Notes under the pieces: model-generated
What the model saw: the letters and a program-made list of their open reading frames with translations, nothing else
Told to the model about the DNA's origin: nothing
The model's database searches: none
Translations under genes and position numbers: made by a program
Shown here: piece after piece, positions 20,121 through 30,737 of the stretch
Layout of the letters: each line of letters starts with the position of its first letter
Numbering within the stretch: the first letter of the stretch is position 1
Source: Myxococcota bacterium
Lineage (GTDB): Bacteria > Myxococcota_A > SURF-8 > G963663525
Assembly (NCBI GenBank): GCA_963676915.2
Contig: CAXXVK010000060.1
Coordinates: forward strand, 64,001 to 128,000
Length of the DNA stretch: 64,000 nt
Reading direction: 5' to 3'

Positions 20121-22159
20121 TTCGCAAACTGTTCGGCCTGGATCTCGCCACCGGCGCGGCGAAGCGCCATTTGAAACGGCGGTTGCTTACCGGCCATCTT
20201 AAAAATGCCTCGGATGTTGAGGATTTCCAGGACGACTCTTCGGCGAAAAAAGAAAAAAGCGAAGATAAACAAACGGTTGCTCAGCTTGCAAAACCCAAAA
20301 GCAAAGAACCGAGCTGGGAAGGGATCGGATCGGTCAGGCAGGATGAAACGCCGGTCGAAACCATCGAGGACGATGGCATCGAGCGTTCGTGGAGTGAGCT
20401 AGGTCTGGTAGGCGAGTTGCTGGAAGGCATCGAGGCGATGAAGTTCGCCAAGCCGATGCCGGTTCAACGTCGGGCGATTCCTTATGCCCTCGAAGGCGGC
20501 GATTACCTCGTGCAAGCCAAGACCGGATCGGGAAAAACACTGGCTTTCGGCCTGCCGATCCTCCAAAAACTCGATTTCGAGAAAAAAGTCATGCAGGCGG
20601 TGGTACTCACACCGACCCGTGAACTTTGCCTTCAGGTCTGCGAAGAAATTTCCGAGGTGGGACAATCGCTCGACCCCGGCATCGTGCCCGTCTACGGCGG
20701 AGCCTCGATGCGCGTACAGGTGGAAAAAATCCAGAGCGGTGCCCGACTGCTGGTAGGAACGCCGGGGCGGGTGCTCGACCACCTCAAGCGCGGAACGTTG
20801 AGCTTCGATACCGTTTCTACCCTCGTGCTCGATGAAGCCGACGAAATGCTGGACAAAGGTTTTTTACCCGACGTAACCCGCATTTTGGACTATATGCCCA
20901 AAAAACGCACCACAATGTGTTTTTCGGCCACGTTGCCTGCGGCCATCAACCGGTTGGCTCAAGGACATATGCAGCAACCCCGGTTAATCCGCATCGGCAG
21001 TGCGCAGGGATTCAGCGTCAACCTGGACGTAAAGCATTTTTATTACAAAACTCCCACGTTGCATCGTTTTGTTACGTTGGTAAACCTGCTGCATTCGATT
21101 CCGCGAACCAAAGTGCTCGTGTTCTGCAACACCAAGATGGACACCGAAAACATCGCCGAATACCTCAACGAAGAGGGCTTTTCGGTCGGTTTTCTCAGTG
21201 GAAACCTCAGTCAGGCCGTTCGCAATCGCACGCTCGAAGCATTTAAAGACGGCGTGATCGATATCCTGGTGGCGACGGATGTTGCAGCCCGAGGATTGGA
21301 CATTTACGGCGTCAGTCATGTCATCAACTACGACCTGCCCGAAAGCAAGGAACTCTACCTGCATCGGACGGGACGCACCGGACGGGCCGGGAAATCGGGT
21401 ATCGCGCTGAGTCTCGTGACACCTCGCGATTTGCTGCAAATCGGCGTCATTTCGCGAAAAATCGGTATTCCTTTCACCGAATTGCCCGTGCCGCAAAAAG
21501 ACGACGTGCAGCAGGGATACAAAAAATTCCTCATCGACCGCATGAAAGCCATGGCCGAGGACGAGGAATTCTCCGACGAAGTGGCCCTTTTGGCCGACGA
21601 TCTGCTGGAAGCCCTCGAACCGCATCCGCTGGTATCCTCTTTGCTGACCTTCCTGCGGCAACGGGGATTTTCCTTCGATCTGGGATATGATCCGGACAAC
21701 CCCGAGTTCCGTGACATGGCGATGGCACGCCCGAAACTGATGGGCACCCGCGATCTTAGGGAACAGGCTCGCCAAAAACGCGATATGGACCGGGGGCCGC
21801 GAAAACGTCGCGAAAATACCGGCGAAAAACGCTCGCGTCCGAGCAAAAAAGGCAAGAACGACGACGACCGCAAGTACACAACGCTGGAGTTTTCCAAAGG
21901 CCGAAGCACCGGACTACGTGGTCCCAGCGATTTCATTCGTCTGGTCTGCCAGACTGCCGGAATCAAGAAGTACATGATCGGTAAAATCACCATCGAAGAC
22001 GAGCGAACCTGCGCCGGAATCGATGACAAATGCGTAAACCGTGTGATAGACTCCTTCAAAAACGTACGTAAAAAAGATTTGCAACTGACGGTCAAACCCA
22101 TCGGCTCCGCTTCAAATGATGCGGTGGCGAAAAAACCGGACAAAGGCGACGATGAGTAA
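20117..22159 (+). CDS. deaD: DEAD-box RNA helicase (DeaD/CsdA-like, C-terminal DbpA-type domain)
   Basis: AKTGSGKT, PTREL, TPGR, DEAD, SAT, ARGLD and HRTGRTGRAG; start ATG 20117 overlaps the pdxT stop (ATGA). Confidence 0.88.
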   Translation: MIRKLFGLDLATGAAKRHLKRRLLTGHLKNASDVEDFQDDSSAKKEKSEDKQTVAQLAKPKSKEPSWEGIGSVRQDETPVETIEDDGIERSWSELGLVGELLEGIEAMKFAKPMPVQRRAIPYALEGGDYLVQAKTGSGKTLAFGLPILQKLDFEKKVMQAVVLTPTRELCLQVCEEISEVGQSLDPGIVPVYGGASMRVQVEKIQSGARLLVGTPGRVLDHLKRGTLSFDTVSTLVLDEADEMLDKGFLPDVTRILDYMPKKRTTMCFSATLPAAINRLAQGHMQQPRLIRIGSAQGFSVNLDVKHFYYKTPTLHRFVTLVNLLHSIPRTKVLVFCNTKMDTENIAEYLNEEGFSVGFLSGNLSQAVRNRTLEAFKDGVIDILVATDVAARGLDIYGVSHVINYDLPESKELYLHRTGRTGRAGKSGIALSLVTPRDLLQIGVISRKIGIPFTELPVPQKDDVQQGYKKFLIDRMKAMAEDEEFSDEVALLADDLLEALEPHPLVSSLLTFLRQRGFSFDLGYDPDNPEFRDMAMARPKLMGTRDLREQARQKRDMDRGPRKRRENTGEKRSRPSKKGKNDDDRKYTTLEFSKGRSTGLRGPSDFIRLVCQTAGIKKYMIGKITIEDERTCAGIDDKCVNRVIDSFKNVRKKDLQLTVKPIGSASNDAVAKKPDKGDDE

Positions 22160-24863
22160 GCTTCGACGTTCGATACCGTTTTTCGTTCTCGCGGCCGCGA
22201 TGCTGGCGGGCTGCGACCATGGCTCCAATATCTGCGAACCCGAAAGCTATATGTGCGGCGGTTTCGACAACAACACGGTGATGCGTTGCGATTCGACCGG
22301 CGACCGCTACCAGTCGCTGACCGTTTGTTCCGAATCGGGACGGGTCTGTCAGGCAGGTCAGTGCGTGGAGGTGGCGGACGGCGATGTGGACGAGGACGCC
22401 GTGGATGAGACCGACGCCGGTGAAGCAGAGGAATCCTCTGCCGGTGATGGCGAAGAGGGTCAAACCTGCCGCTATGCCATCGATTGTTCCGAAGACGAAT
22501 TATGCCTCGATGACGGGGACGGAACCTTTGTCTGTACCGAACAGTACGGACGGCGGTTGGATCTTGCGCTTGGCGGCGGACAGGTCGTGTTCGATCTCGA
22601 AGCGGGACGTTTCGACTATTTCGATGACGAAGGCACTCCCATCGTGCTCGCTGCAGCAGTAGCCTGGGGACCGCTTGATGTCGATGCTGCAAATTTTGCC
22701 CGGTCCGATAACTCCACCCTTAGAGCCGATAGCACGCAAGATGGCGATAATATTGGTCTTTACAGCGAGCTGGCGCTGTCGTTTCCTCCCGACGCCGAAG
22801 GCATCGAGGCGGTCTGGCGGCTGCGCTTGTACCAGGACGGAGGATTTCTCACCGTTCACATGACGTTTACGGATGCCGAGGGCGACGCCCTGCCATCGCT
22901 GGCCGTTTCTCTTGTGGAGACGGGAAACAATGGCGGATACGTAGGTGATTTCGAACACCTACTGGACTTCGATGACGGATTGGGAACCTCGACCGTTACC
23001 GTGCTCGATCCGGCGGCGGCGTTCGAAGCCCACGGACTCGCGGCACTCACCACCGAGACGGACAGTCATATCTCTGGTCTCGAAACCCGCGTCTTGGGTA
23101 CATTCCATCGACGGGTGGAACGTCCTTTGTTCCATTTCGGAGTGGCTACGGAAAATGCTGCCGAAGACACGCTTCGGTCCCTTGTCATCGACACCCGCAG
23201 CGCTCCTGCACTGGCCGGAAATACGGGCAGAACGCCGGTCGTGATCCTGGCCGGACCCCGGTCAGGTGTCCATGAAGCCCTTGAAGACTATGCCACGTGG
23301 CTCGCTCAATACAACGATGTCACGGTCGAAAACACTTCCGATCTTTTCCAGCCCTGTTACTGGCGTTCGGAAGAATCGCTGGAATCCTCCGTGCTGACCA
23401 ATATTCTTTCCCAAGCCGCCCATTTGCGGGATTTCGGACTCGACGGATTGTTGCTTTCGGATGGATGGCAACAAGAAATCGGGGATTGGTCTTTCGACAC
23501 GACGCGCTATCCCTCCGGGGGAGAGGAAATCGTTCTTCAAGCCAAGAATCACGGGCTAGTTCCCGGTATTTGGGCCGCGCCGCTGCATGCTTCCGAAGAT
23601 TCCGCCCTGCTGACGATCCACGATGCAGCCGAGTGGACGGTGGACATTTCCGAGGATTCCCTCGATGCGGGTGCAGATGGCGTCAAGCCGCTGAATCTCG
23701 ATCAGACCGACGTAACGAACCACGTTCGGAACTCCGTAAGTTCCCTGTATTCCAAGGGTTTCGAGTGGATGTCCGTAGGGCGCACCGCAATCGAGTCCGC
23801 TGCTCCCGCAGCAGCGCTCGACACCAATGGGCTGGCGTTGATTCAAAGCGCTTTTTCTCCCGGTACGCTTTTACGTGAAGGCGGGGCGGATCATGCCGTG
23901 GGATCGGCACAGGCCGCCTCGGCGGATTTTTCCATCAATCCTGCGGGGCGTTTTCCTGCCTGGCCTGCCGATCTTCGTACGCTGGCTGCTGTTTCTCGAC
24001 GTTGGTTCTTCCAGGGTACTGCCGCAAGCACCGTTGTTGCACCCGTGAGTTTCCCGCTCGATGCCACGCGAAAACGACTGTTCCTAACCGCCTTGGCGAT
24101 GATGGGTGGAGCTTTCGAGTTGCGCACCCCTCCGTTGTCGCTGAACCGGGAACAAATGACTCTCGTTCGACAACTCGTGCCGCCGTTACCGTACGCGGCT
24201 CGTCCCATGGATCTGTTCGATCATGAAATTCCCGAGCAATACCATATGGTTATCGATGGCGGTGAGGGTATGACTCGCGCCGACCTGTTGGGCTTGCTCT
24301 GCCCCGAACAACAAGCTGTCGCCGGAGGCGACGAGTTGGCTGCCCGTGCGCAGGATTGCGACGTTTCGGTGGATCTTTCCGCTCTCGGACTGGGGTTGGA
24401 TACCGAGTTCATTACCTACGATTTCTGGACGGGTGAGGTTGACGGGCCGGTGGCGTCGCGACTGCAAACGACGGTTCCTCTGAACGAAGGCCGCTTGATT
24501 GCTTTGCGTCCTCTTCTCGATCGCCCCCAATTCGCCGGATGGAATCGTCACGTTTCGGTGGGCGGGCGCTTTTTCGAAAAAGAACGCTGGACCGCTTCTT
24601 CGAATACGCTACGGCTGTCTTTCGATGTTACGGCGGCTTTTCCGGAGTATCCATTTCCTTATGAAATTGTGCTTGTCGTACCGAAAACGTACGACATGAA
24701 CCGGGTGGAGGTGTTTATTGGTGCGTTCTCTTCCATCGAATGGGAATGGCTGGACAACCCACCGGCGGATCTGGATGCGAAACTGATGAAACTGACCCTC
24801 GTTCCCGACGCCACAAGCCTCGTGGAACTGGATCTGGTATTCGATTCAACCGAAAGCGAATGA
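22152..24863 (+). CDS. GH36/GH27 alpha-galactosidase-like lipoprotein, catalytic residues apparently missing
   Basis: Lipobox LAGC, Cys-rich/acidic N-terminus, SDGWQ..IGDW, RYPSG, GLVPGIWAAP, ARPMDLF, YDFW and RPQ....RH; start overlaps the helicase end. Confidence 0.65.
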   Translation: MSKLRRSIPFFVLAAAMLAGCDHGSNICEPESYMCGGFDNNTVMRCDSTGDRYQSLTVCSESGRVCQAGQCVEVADGDVDEDAVDETDAGEAEESSAGDGEEGQTCRYAIDCSEDELCLDDGDGTFVCTEQYGRRLDLALGGGQVVFDLEAGRFDYFDDEGTPIVLAAAVAWGPLDVDAANFARSDNSTLRADSTQDGDNIGLYSELALSFPPDAEGIEAVWRLRLYQDGGFLTVHMTFTDAEGDALPSLAVSLVETGNNGGYVGDFEHLLDFDDGLGTSTVTVLDPAAAFEAHGLAALTTETDSHISGLETRVLGTFHRRVERPLFHFGVATENAAEDTLRSLVIDTRSAPALAGNTGRTPVVILAGPRSGVHEALEDYATWLAQYNDVTVENTSDLFQPCYWRSEESLESSVLTNILSQAAHLRDFGLDGLLLSDGWQQEIGDWSFDTTRYPSGGEEIVLQAKNHGLVPGIWAAPLHASEDSALLTIHDAAEWTVDISEDSLDAGADGVKPLNLDQTDVTNHVRNSVSSLYSKGFEWMSVGRTAIESAAPAAALDTNGLALIQSAFSPGTLLREGGADHAVGSAQAASADFSINPAGRFPAWPADLRTLAAVSRRWFFQGTAASTVVAPVSFPLDATRKRLFLTALAMMGGAFELRTPPLSLNREQMTLVRQLVPPLPYAARPMDLFDHEIPEQYHMVIDGGEGMTRADLLGLLCPEQQAVAGGDELAARAQDCDVSVDLSALGLGLDTEFITYDFWTGEVDGPVASRLQTTVPLNEGRLIALRPLLDRPQFAGWNRHVSVGGRFFEKERWTASSNTLRLSFDVTAAFPEYPFPYEIVLVVPKTYDMNRVEVFIGAFSSIEWEWLDNPPADLDAKLMKLTLVPDATSLVELDLVFDSTESE

Positions 24864-24926
24864 TTCGGCCCGGTTTGATCCGGGATTCAAAACGTCTTGA
24901 AGTTTATACAAGTACCATAAGCAGAA

Positions 24927-24991
24927 GTAGGTCGGGCTAATTTTTAGCCCGACACCTTGGTATTGTCGGGCAAGAAATTTGTCCGACCTAC
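24927..24991. repeat. Complete REP family A doublet (65-bp REPIN)
   Basis: GTAGGTCGGGCTAATTTTTAGCCCGAC-ACCTTGGTATT-GTCGGGCAAGAAATTTGTCCGACCTAC. Confidence 0.85.
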
Positions 24992-25042
24992 TATGATACC
25001 CAACGATTTGAATTTACAGTTGTCCAACCCGACGACGGAAAA

Positions 25043-26337
25043 ATGAAGCCAGTATATGTCCAAGTGATTTGGGGAATTTTTGCGGTGTTGTGGTTTGTCT
25101 TGGCTCCGGTCAAGGTCTGGGCCGACGATCCCACCGCGACCGAAGCCGTCGTTTCCGCCACTCCGTTGACGATTCCCGACAACGAGGTCTATCTCATCAC
25201 TCCGGGATTGTACCGGATTCTGGAGCGTTTTCGTGCGGGTGAGAATTTCGAGCCTTTGCCGTTGTTGGAGGAGGAAGCCCGGCGAACACCCTATATTCCC
25301 TCCACGCATTATTGGGTAGCGGCGCGGAAAATGATGCTGTTCATGATGGATCGCCGCCACTATCCCATCTCCGACGAGATTGCACAGCATTACGAAGATT
25401 GCATCATTCGTGCAAAAAGGGCGCGTAAAATCGCCCGGTTCGATCACGCAGGACGATTTTACGAGGCCGTCTGTTCGGGCGGGCTGGCCTCGGTCCACAG
25501 CATGAAAAAAAACTATGCCAAAGCCGGGTTGCTGGCGCGTCGCTCGATCCAGGGTTTCGTCGAATTTTTAAAACTTCGACCCGATCACGACGGAACGCTG
25601 CTGGCCGTCGGTTCTTACAACTATTATACCAGTCAACTCGGTACGCTGGGACAGGTTCTGTTGGGATTGCTGGGGTTGCCAAAGGGAGAGAAAACCAAGG
25701 ATTGCAAATGCTTACCCGTGTAGCAAGGCCCGGCAGTCCGCTGGACATGGCCGCCCACATGATGCTTGCCTCGGCGCTGACCCAGTACGAAAAAAAGAAA
25801 GACGAAGCGTTAGCCGTCTCTCGTCGCCTGACGCAATTGGTACCCACCAGTTCCAACGCTCATCTTTCGCTTGCCAATCAGTATCTCTTGTGGGGTGAGT
25901 TGGACGCATCCAAAAAAGCGCTCGAAGACGCCCGGCGCTGCCTTCCCGAACATCCCATGGAATCTGAACTGACCGAAGTTCGCGCCAAAGGATACATTTT
26001 GGATGCGCTTGACGCGATGTTGGCAGTTTTGACCCGACAGGATGCAAAAGCGCTGCAACGAATGCTCGACTACAGCCGGGAACAAACCCACGGCTACCAG
26101 TGGATGGTGCTGCTCGCCGATATCTACCTCGGGCACATCTACAAACTCGCCGGGCTAGAAGAAAAAGCCCGATATCACTACGAAAAAGCGAGAGACACCG
26201 AAGGCACCCGGCAGGTTCGCGACATGGCCGGGACGTTTCTCGACGGCGAGGACATCCGCAAACAGATCAAACTTCCCGACGAACAAACCCGCAGGTTGCG
26301 TGAATGGCTGCTAAACGGACCGTTGGCCAGTCGCTAG
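25043..26337 (+). pseudogene. Secreted TPR-like alpha-helical protein split by a 1-nt deletion near 25700
   Basis: Adding one G to AAGGATTG joins ORFs 25043..25723 and 25702..26337 as KGEKTKGLQML; signal peptide and TPR-like helices. Confidence 0.6.
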
Positions 26338-26363
26338 AATTCATGAGTATGTAAAAATAATTC

Positions 26364-27520
26364 TCAGTGTACCGGTCCGAAAGCGTCCATCGCGAAATCT
26401 TCGCGGACCAGGAAATCCTGCATCGCTTCGGTGATGAAGTAATCCCCCGATCGTGTTACCCATACCACCGGAAGCCAGGGCATCGTATTTTGAGCCAGGG
26501 TACCTCCGGCTCTCGCTCCCAGGATGAACATGGCGTAGGCGTAGGCTTGCGCCCGCACGGGATCTTGGTTGAGCACCGTGGCGCTCCAGCTTAACTGGCT
26601 GGGAACGCCGGTAAGCACGTCGAACACTTCGTGGTATCGAAATCCTTTGTCCGAAAAATGCGGTCCGTTGTCGTCCCAGGAGGCGACCGTTCCCGACGTT
26701 AGCGCGAACCTGGAAAACGCCATGCCCTCTTTTCGGGGGTGCGGAACCTCGACCGTCCACGGTCCTTCCGGGCCTTTGCCTTCGACACTCACCACCCGCC
26801 CGATACGGAACGCCCACTCCTGCGTTCCGGCGTCTTTGAGCAACTCCATTGCCAGTTTCGCCGCCAGCGCGTCGAGAATCGGCCAGAGGTCGAGCGTCAT
26901 TCCCGGTTCGGTGAAGGCGACGGTCCCTTTTTCCTCGTCGATCGCCAGATGGTTCCAGCCCGAGGATTTCAGCGCCGTTTGCAACGCTTCGGGAGGCAGA
27001 ACCTCTTTCGTGCCGTCTGGAAAGATTCCAGGCCGTACGGACGGCGCCGAGCGTCAGGTCCACTTGGCCCCGAGTGCGCTCAGGAAACCTTTTTGACCGA
27101 CAGGATTTCATCCAGCAGCCATTTTTCCACCTTGACCGGCCCTTTCGCAGCCTCCAGGTTGATGCGGCCCAGCGTTCCTTCCCCAACGGGATCGAGATCG
27201 TTGATGCGTTTGCGGATCATTTGAAACCAGGTGTTGGCAAACGTTTCGAACAATTTCGTCATGTCGCCCACGAGAATCAACGAGCAGGGCTTGCCGTCCA
27301 TTTTCCAATGGCGCTTGAAATGGGGTCTGGGCGGCGGCTTGACGCTTTCGGCTTTCTCCTTGACCTTTTGGACAATCTCCGGCTCGGTTCCTTCGGGCCG
27401 CCAGGGCTGGAGAATCATCAGGTAAGCCAGAATCGCGCCGACTACCAGGGTAACCATCAAAAAGCGCTGCTCTTTGGGAACGGGACGACGTCCCGATTGG
27501 GGACTGCGAACGCGGGCCAT
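26364..27520 (-). pseudogene. ApbE (FAD:protein FMN transferase)-like membrane protein with two frameshifts
   Basis: Three frames give TM anchor...VKVEKWL, then ERTRGQVDLTLGAVRTAWN, then PPEALQTAL...GMTLDL...PWTVEVPHPR...YHEVFD..TG.P. Shifts lie near 27090 and 27015. Confidence 0.6.
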
Positions 27521-27534
27521 TCATCGCACCTTTC

Positions 27535-28453
27535 TTAGAGTCGGTCCAGCCAATGGGCGTATTTTTCGTTTTGCCCATGGACGCAGCCGAAGTACTCTTT
27601 CTGAATCTTCTGCGTGACCGGTCCCGGTTTGCCGCTTCCGACGGGCCTGCGGTCGATTTCGCTGACCGGGGTGATTTCCGCTGCCGTGCCGGTAAGGAAC
27701 ATTTCGTCGCAGATGTAGAGGAAATCGCGGGTAAACAGCTCTTTTCGGACCTCGATACCGGCTTCTTTGAGCAGTTGCATGGTGCAATCCCGCGTGAACC
27801 CCGGAAGAATCGGCGAAGAGTCGGGCGGAGTAAAGACCACGCCGTCTTTGACTACGAAAATGTTTCTCGCCCGAACCTTCCGCCACGTAGCCGTGGGTAT
27901 CGAGCATAATGGCTTCATGGTAGCCGTGAGCCTGGGCTTCACGCTTGGCGAGTACGCCGGTAACATACTGACCGCCGATCTTGGCCCGGATCATCGAAAT
28001 GTTGGGATGATGGCGGTTGTAGGTGGAAACGTGTACTTTCACGCCGTTGTTGAGGGCGTCGTCTCCAAGGTATGCACCCCATGGCCAGGCGGCGATCATC
28101 ACCGAGGTGGGGTTGTCGGCGAACAAGCCCATAGCTCCCACGCCGGTCCAGGCCAGCGGACGGATATAGCATTCATCCAACTCGTTCGCCCGAACGGTTT
28201 CCAGCACGATATCGCAGAGTTCGTCCACGCCGTATTTGGGTTGCAGTTGAAGAATCCGGCAGGAATCGATAAAGCGGGTCATGTGGTCTTTCAGGCGGAA
28301 AATCGCCCCGCCGCCACTGGAGAGTTTGTAAGCTCGAATCCCTTCGTACACCGACGTTCCATAATGCAGTCCATGGGTGAGTACGTGCACGTTCGCCTCG
28401 TCCCAATTCAGCATTTCACCGTCCAACCAGATCTTTTTTCCCTTGGGGACCAT
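27535..28453 (-). CDS. ilvE: Branched-chain amino acid aminotransferase with a +1 frameshift near 27865 (probable sequencing error)
   Basis: LHYGTSVYEGIRAY, YIRP, AKIGGQY, EGSGE|NIF (extra A in GAGAAACATT), ILPGFTR and TGTAAEITP. Confidence 0.9.
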
Positions 28454-28652
28454 GGTTTTACCTCCAACGCGTTTTTTTAATGCCTGTTTCGAATGATTTT
28501 CTTCAATTTTTACAACACTTCAAACCGGGAAGCCAGAGCAAAAAAACGTGAGATTCCCGGTTGTGAGAACGCAGATTCACAATCTCCTTTCTTTTCCATT
28601 GGATGCCGACATCGCACGAAACGGACGCCGTTTTCGTTTTCGGCACCGAATT

Positions 28653-29033
28653 TCACGGTTTCCAGCCCTGCTTTTTCAACGTTCCGACCACATCCGCCGG
28701 TTCGTATGTTTCCGGTTTGATGAATTTCCCCGCCTCGTTGAACGCGCCGCCCACTTTCGTCATGTTCGAACGATGCACTTCGGACAACACGGCGTCGATG
28801 TCGATGCCCGCACGGAAACTCAGTTGGGTCACGACGACGATCAGGTCTGCCACGGCGTCGGCGATTTCCACGAGATCCCCCGCTGCCACGGCACGCGCCA
28901 ACTCGCCGCGTTCCTCGTCGATCAGCGCCAGGCATTCGAGCATGCTTTGCCGGGAAGGCAGGGCAGGCGTCTCGGGTTTCTTCGCGCCCATCACCTCGGT
29001 ACGGAATTCGTCGATCTTTTTCAGGTTGAACAT
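28653..29033 (-). CDS. MazG-like/PRA-PH-like all-alpha NTP pyrophosphohydrolase
   Basis: LIDEERGEL, EIADAVADL, EVHRSNMTK and GKFIKP; ATG 29033 preceded by AAGGAG. Confidence 0.8.
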   Translation of the reverse strand: MFNLKKIDEFRTEVMGAKKPETPALPSRQSMLECLALIDEERGELARAVAAGDLVEIADAVADLIVVVTQLSFRAGIDIDAVLSEVHRSNMTKVGGAFNEAGKFIKPETYEPADVVGTLKKQGWKP

Positions 29034-29136
29034 TGTCTCTCCTTGTGTCACTATGGGGTACCTTTTACGGATCATCCTCGAAAAATCATCTTTGGGTCGT
29101 TGATTCCCTTTTACCATTTCCCTAAGGAGGGGCAAG

Positions 29137-30564
29137 GTGAAACAGGCTTTGATCGAACTTTTAGGCGAAGAACGCGTGCTAACCGATGAAAATTCCATGG
29201 CCGACTACCGTGAGGATCGCACGGAAATCGAGGGTGCCGACCCCGGTTTCGTGGTGTTTCCCACAACAGCGGAAGAGATTCAGGCCATCGTAAAGCTTTG
29301 TAATGAAAAGAAAATTCCAATCACACCCCGCGTGGCGGGAACCAATATCGGTGGGTTGTCGATTCCTTCTCCCGGCGGTCTGGTGATGGACCTGACCCGG
29401 ATGAACCGTATCCTGGAGTGCGATGTGGACGAAATGGTGGCGGTGATCGAACCCGGCGTCACCCAACAGGATCTGAAAGACTACATTGTCAAGAACAACC
29501 TGCCGCTAGCCACCGGGTTTTCCCTCGCGCCGCCCTATACTTCCGTATTGGCCAATGCCCTGTTGGGTGGTTTGACCAACCGCTCGCTCAAGTACGGCAG
29601 CATGGACGACTGGATCTCCGGGCTGGAAATGGTGCTGCCGGACGGCAGGATGATGCGAACCGGCGCCTGGGCCGCCGGAGCCAAACCCTTCGCCCAAGTG
29701 CCCATGCCCGGTTTGACGGGATTGTTCACGGGATGGCAGGGAACGACGGGAATCTGCACGAAAATGGCCTATCAACTCTGGCCGAGCCACCCGTACAACA
29801 AGCGGCTGTTTATTCTTACGTATTCGGCCAAGGCGACGTTCGCCGCCATGCTGCGCCTGACCCGCCTGGAGTTGCTCGACGACATCGGCGGGCTGAGCTG
29901 GCCTTCGGGAAAAATGATGATGGGCGTGCAGCATCCCAACCCGAAAGTCGACGATACCGAGCCGAAATATTTCCTGTACATCGACCTTACCGCCGAGAGT
30001 GCCGAGGAAATGAAGATCAAGGAAAAAACCGTCGGTCGGGTGATCGATGCCCTGGGGACGACCCTCAACGAGCGTTACGAAAAACCGCTGGACGTGGCTA
30101 CGCTGGTCAAGGTCAATCCGGCGATGCGTCCGTTTGCCGATTTCCCCACCGACCTGAAATTTCTCACCGAGCATCCCGGCGGCGGACTGACCTGGATCGG
30201 CACCTACGGTCCTCTCAGTCGCGCCACCGAGGCGGCGGAAGTCTGCGAAAACCTGATGATCGAGCGCGGCTTTCCACCCATCGTCGTGTCTCGCCCCATG
30301 CGAGGAGGTCATTTCATGGTGCTGCGCTTCATCGCCACATTCGACAAGAAGAGCGAGGAGGACGTGGCGAACGTCCGGGCGTTGAACGCCGAGTTGCTTG
30401 ACGTACTCACCGAACGTGGGTACATCATGTACAAAACACCGATCTGGGCGTTGGAAAAGCTGAAAAGCCGAATCGATCCCGGCATGTTGGAAACCATGCG
30501 TAACATCAAAACGCTATTGGACCCCAACGGCATTATGAATCCCGGAAAATGGCTGCTAGACTGA
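29137..30564 (+). CDS. FAD-binding oxidoreductase (VAO/PCMH fold)
   Basis: VVFP...EEIQAIVK, RVAGTNIGG, DLTRMNRI, GWQGTTGICT and LDPNGIMNPGK. Confidence 0.85.
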   Translation: MKQALIELLGEERVLTDENSMADYREDRTEIEGADPGFVVFPTTAEEIQAIVKLCNEKKIPITPRVAGTNIGGLSIPSPGGLVMDLTRMNRILECDVDEMVAVIEPGVTQQDLKDYIVKNNLPLATGFSLAPPYTSVLANALLGGLTNRSLKYGSMDDWISGLEMVLPDGRMMRTGAWAAGAKPFAQVPMPGLTGLFTGWQGTTGICTKMAYQLWPSHPYNKRLFILTYSAKATFAAMLRLTRLELLDDIGGLSWPSGKMMMGVQHPNPKVDDTEPKYFLYIDLTAESAEEMKIKEKTVGRVIDALGTTLNERYEKPLDVATLVKVNPAMRPFADFPTDLKFLTEHPGGGLTWIGTYGPLSRATEAAEVCENLMIERGFPPIVVSRPMRGGHFMVLRFIATFDKKSEEDVANVRALNAELLDVLTERGYIMYKTPIWALEKLKSRIDPGMLETMRNIKTLLDPNGIMNPGKWLLD

Positions 30565-30614
30565 GGCAATTTATTAGCTTGAATCGTCTTTTCTGTATGG
30601 TGGGTCCATGGAGA

Positions 30615-30676
30615 GATGGAGCAGGATTGTATCCTGCTCCTAAACGTTCCTGTTCAGGTTACAAACCTGAACCATC
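30615..30676. repeat. REP family B inverted pair
   Basis: GATGGAGCAGGATTGTATCCTGCTCC plus inverted GTTCAGGTTACAAACCTGAACCATC. Confidence 0.7.
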
Positions 30677-30737
30677 GAAAGAGATACAGTAAGTCGTTGA
30701 TTATTCAAGGCGTAGATTTATCCAAGGCATACCCTGC

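Noticed and set aside
24927-24991. Short palindromic repeats as a possible CRISPR array
   Set aside because: Copies are inverted doublets at dispersed sites with a conserved spacer; there is no direct-repeat/unique-spacer array and no cas gene.
27850-27880. Programmed ribosomal frameshift in ilvE
   Set aside because: No canonical slippery heptamer, no precedent known to me, and neighbouring genes carry similar indels; assembly error is simpler.
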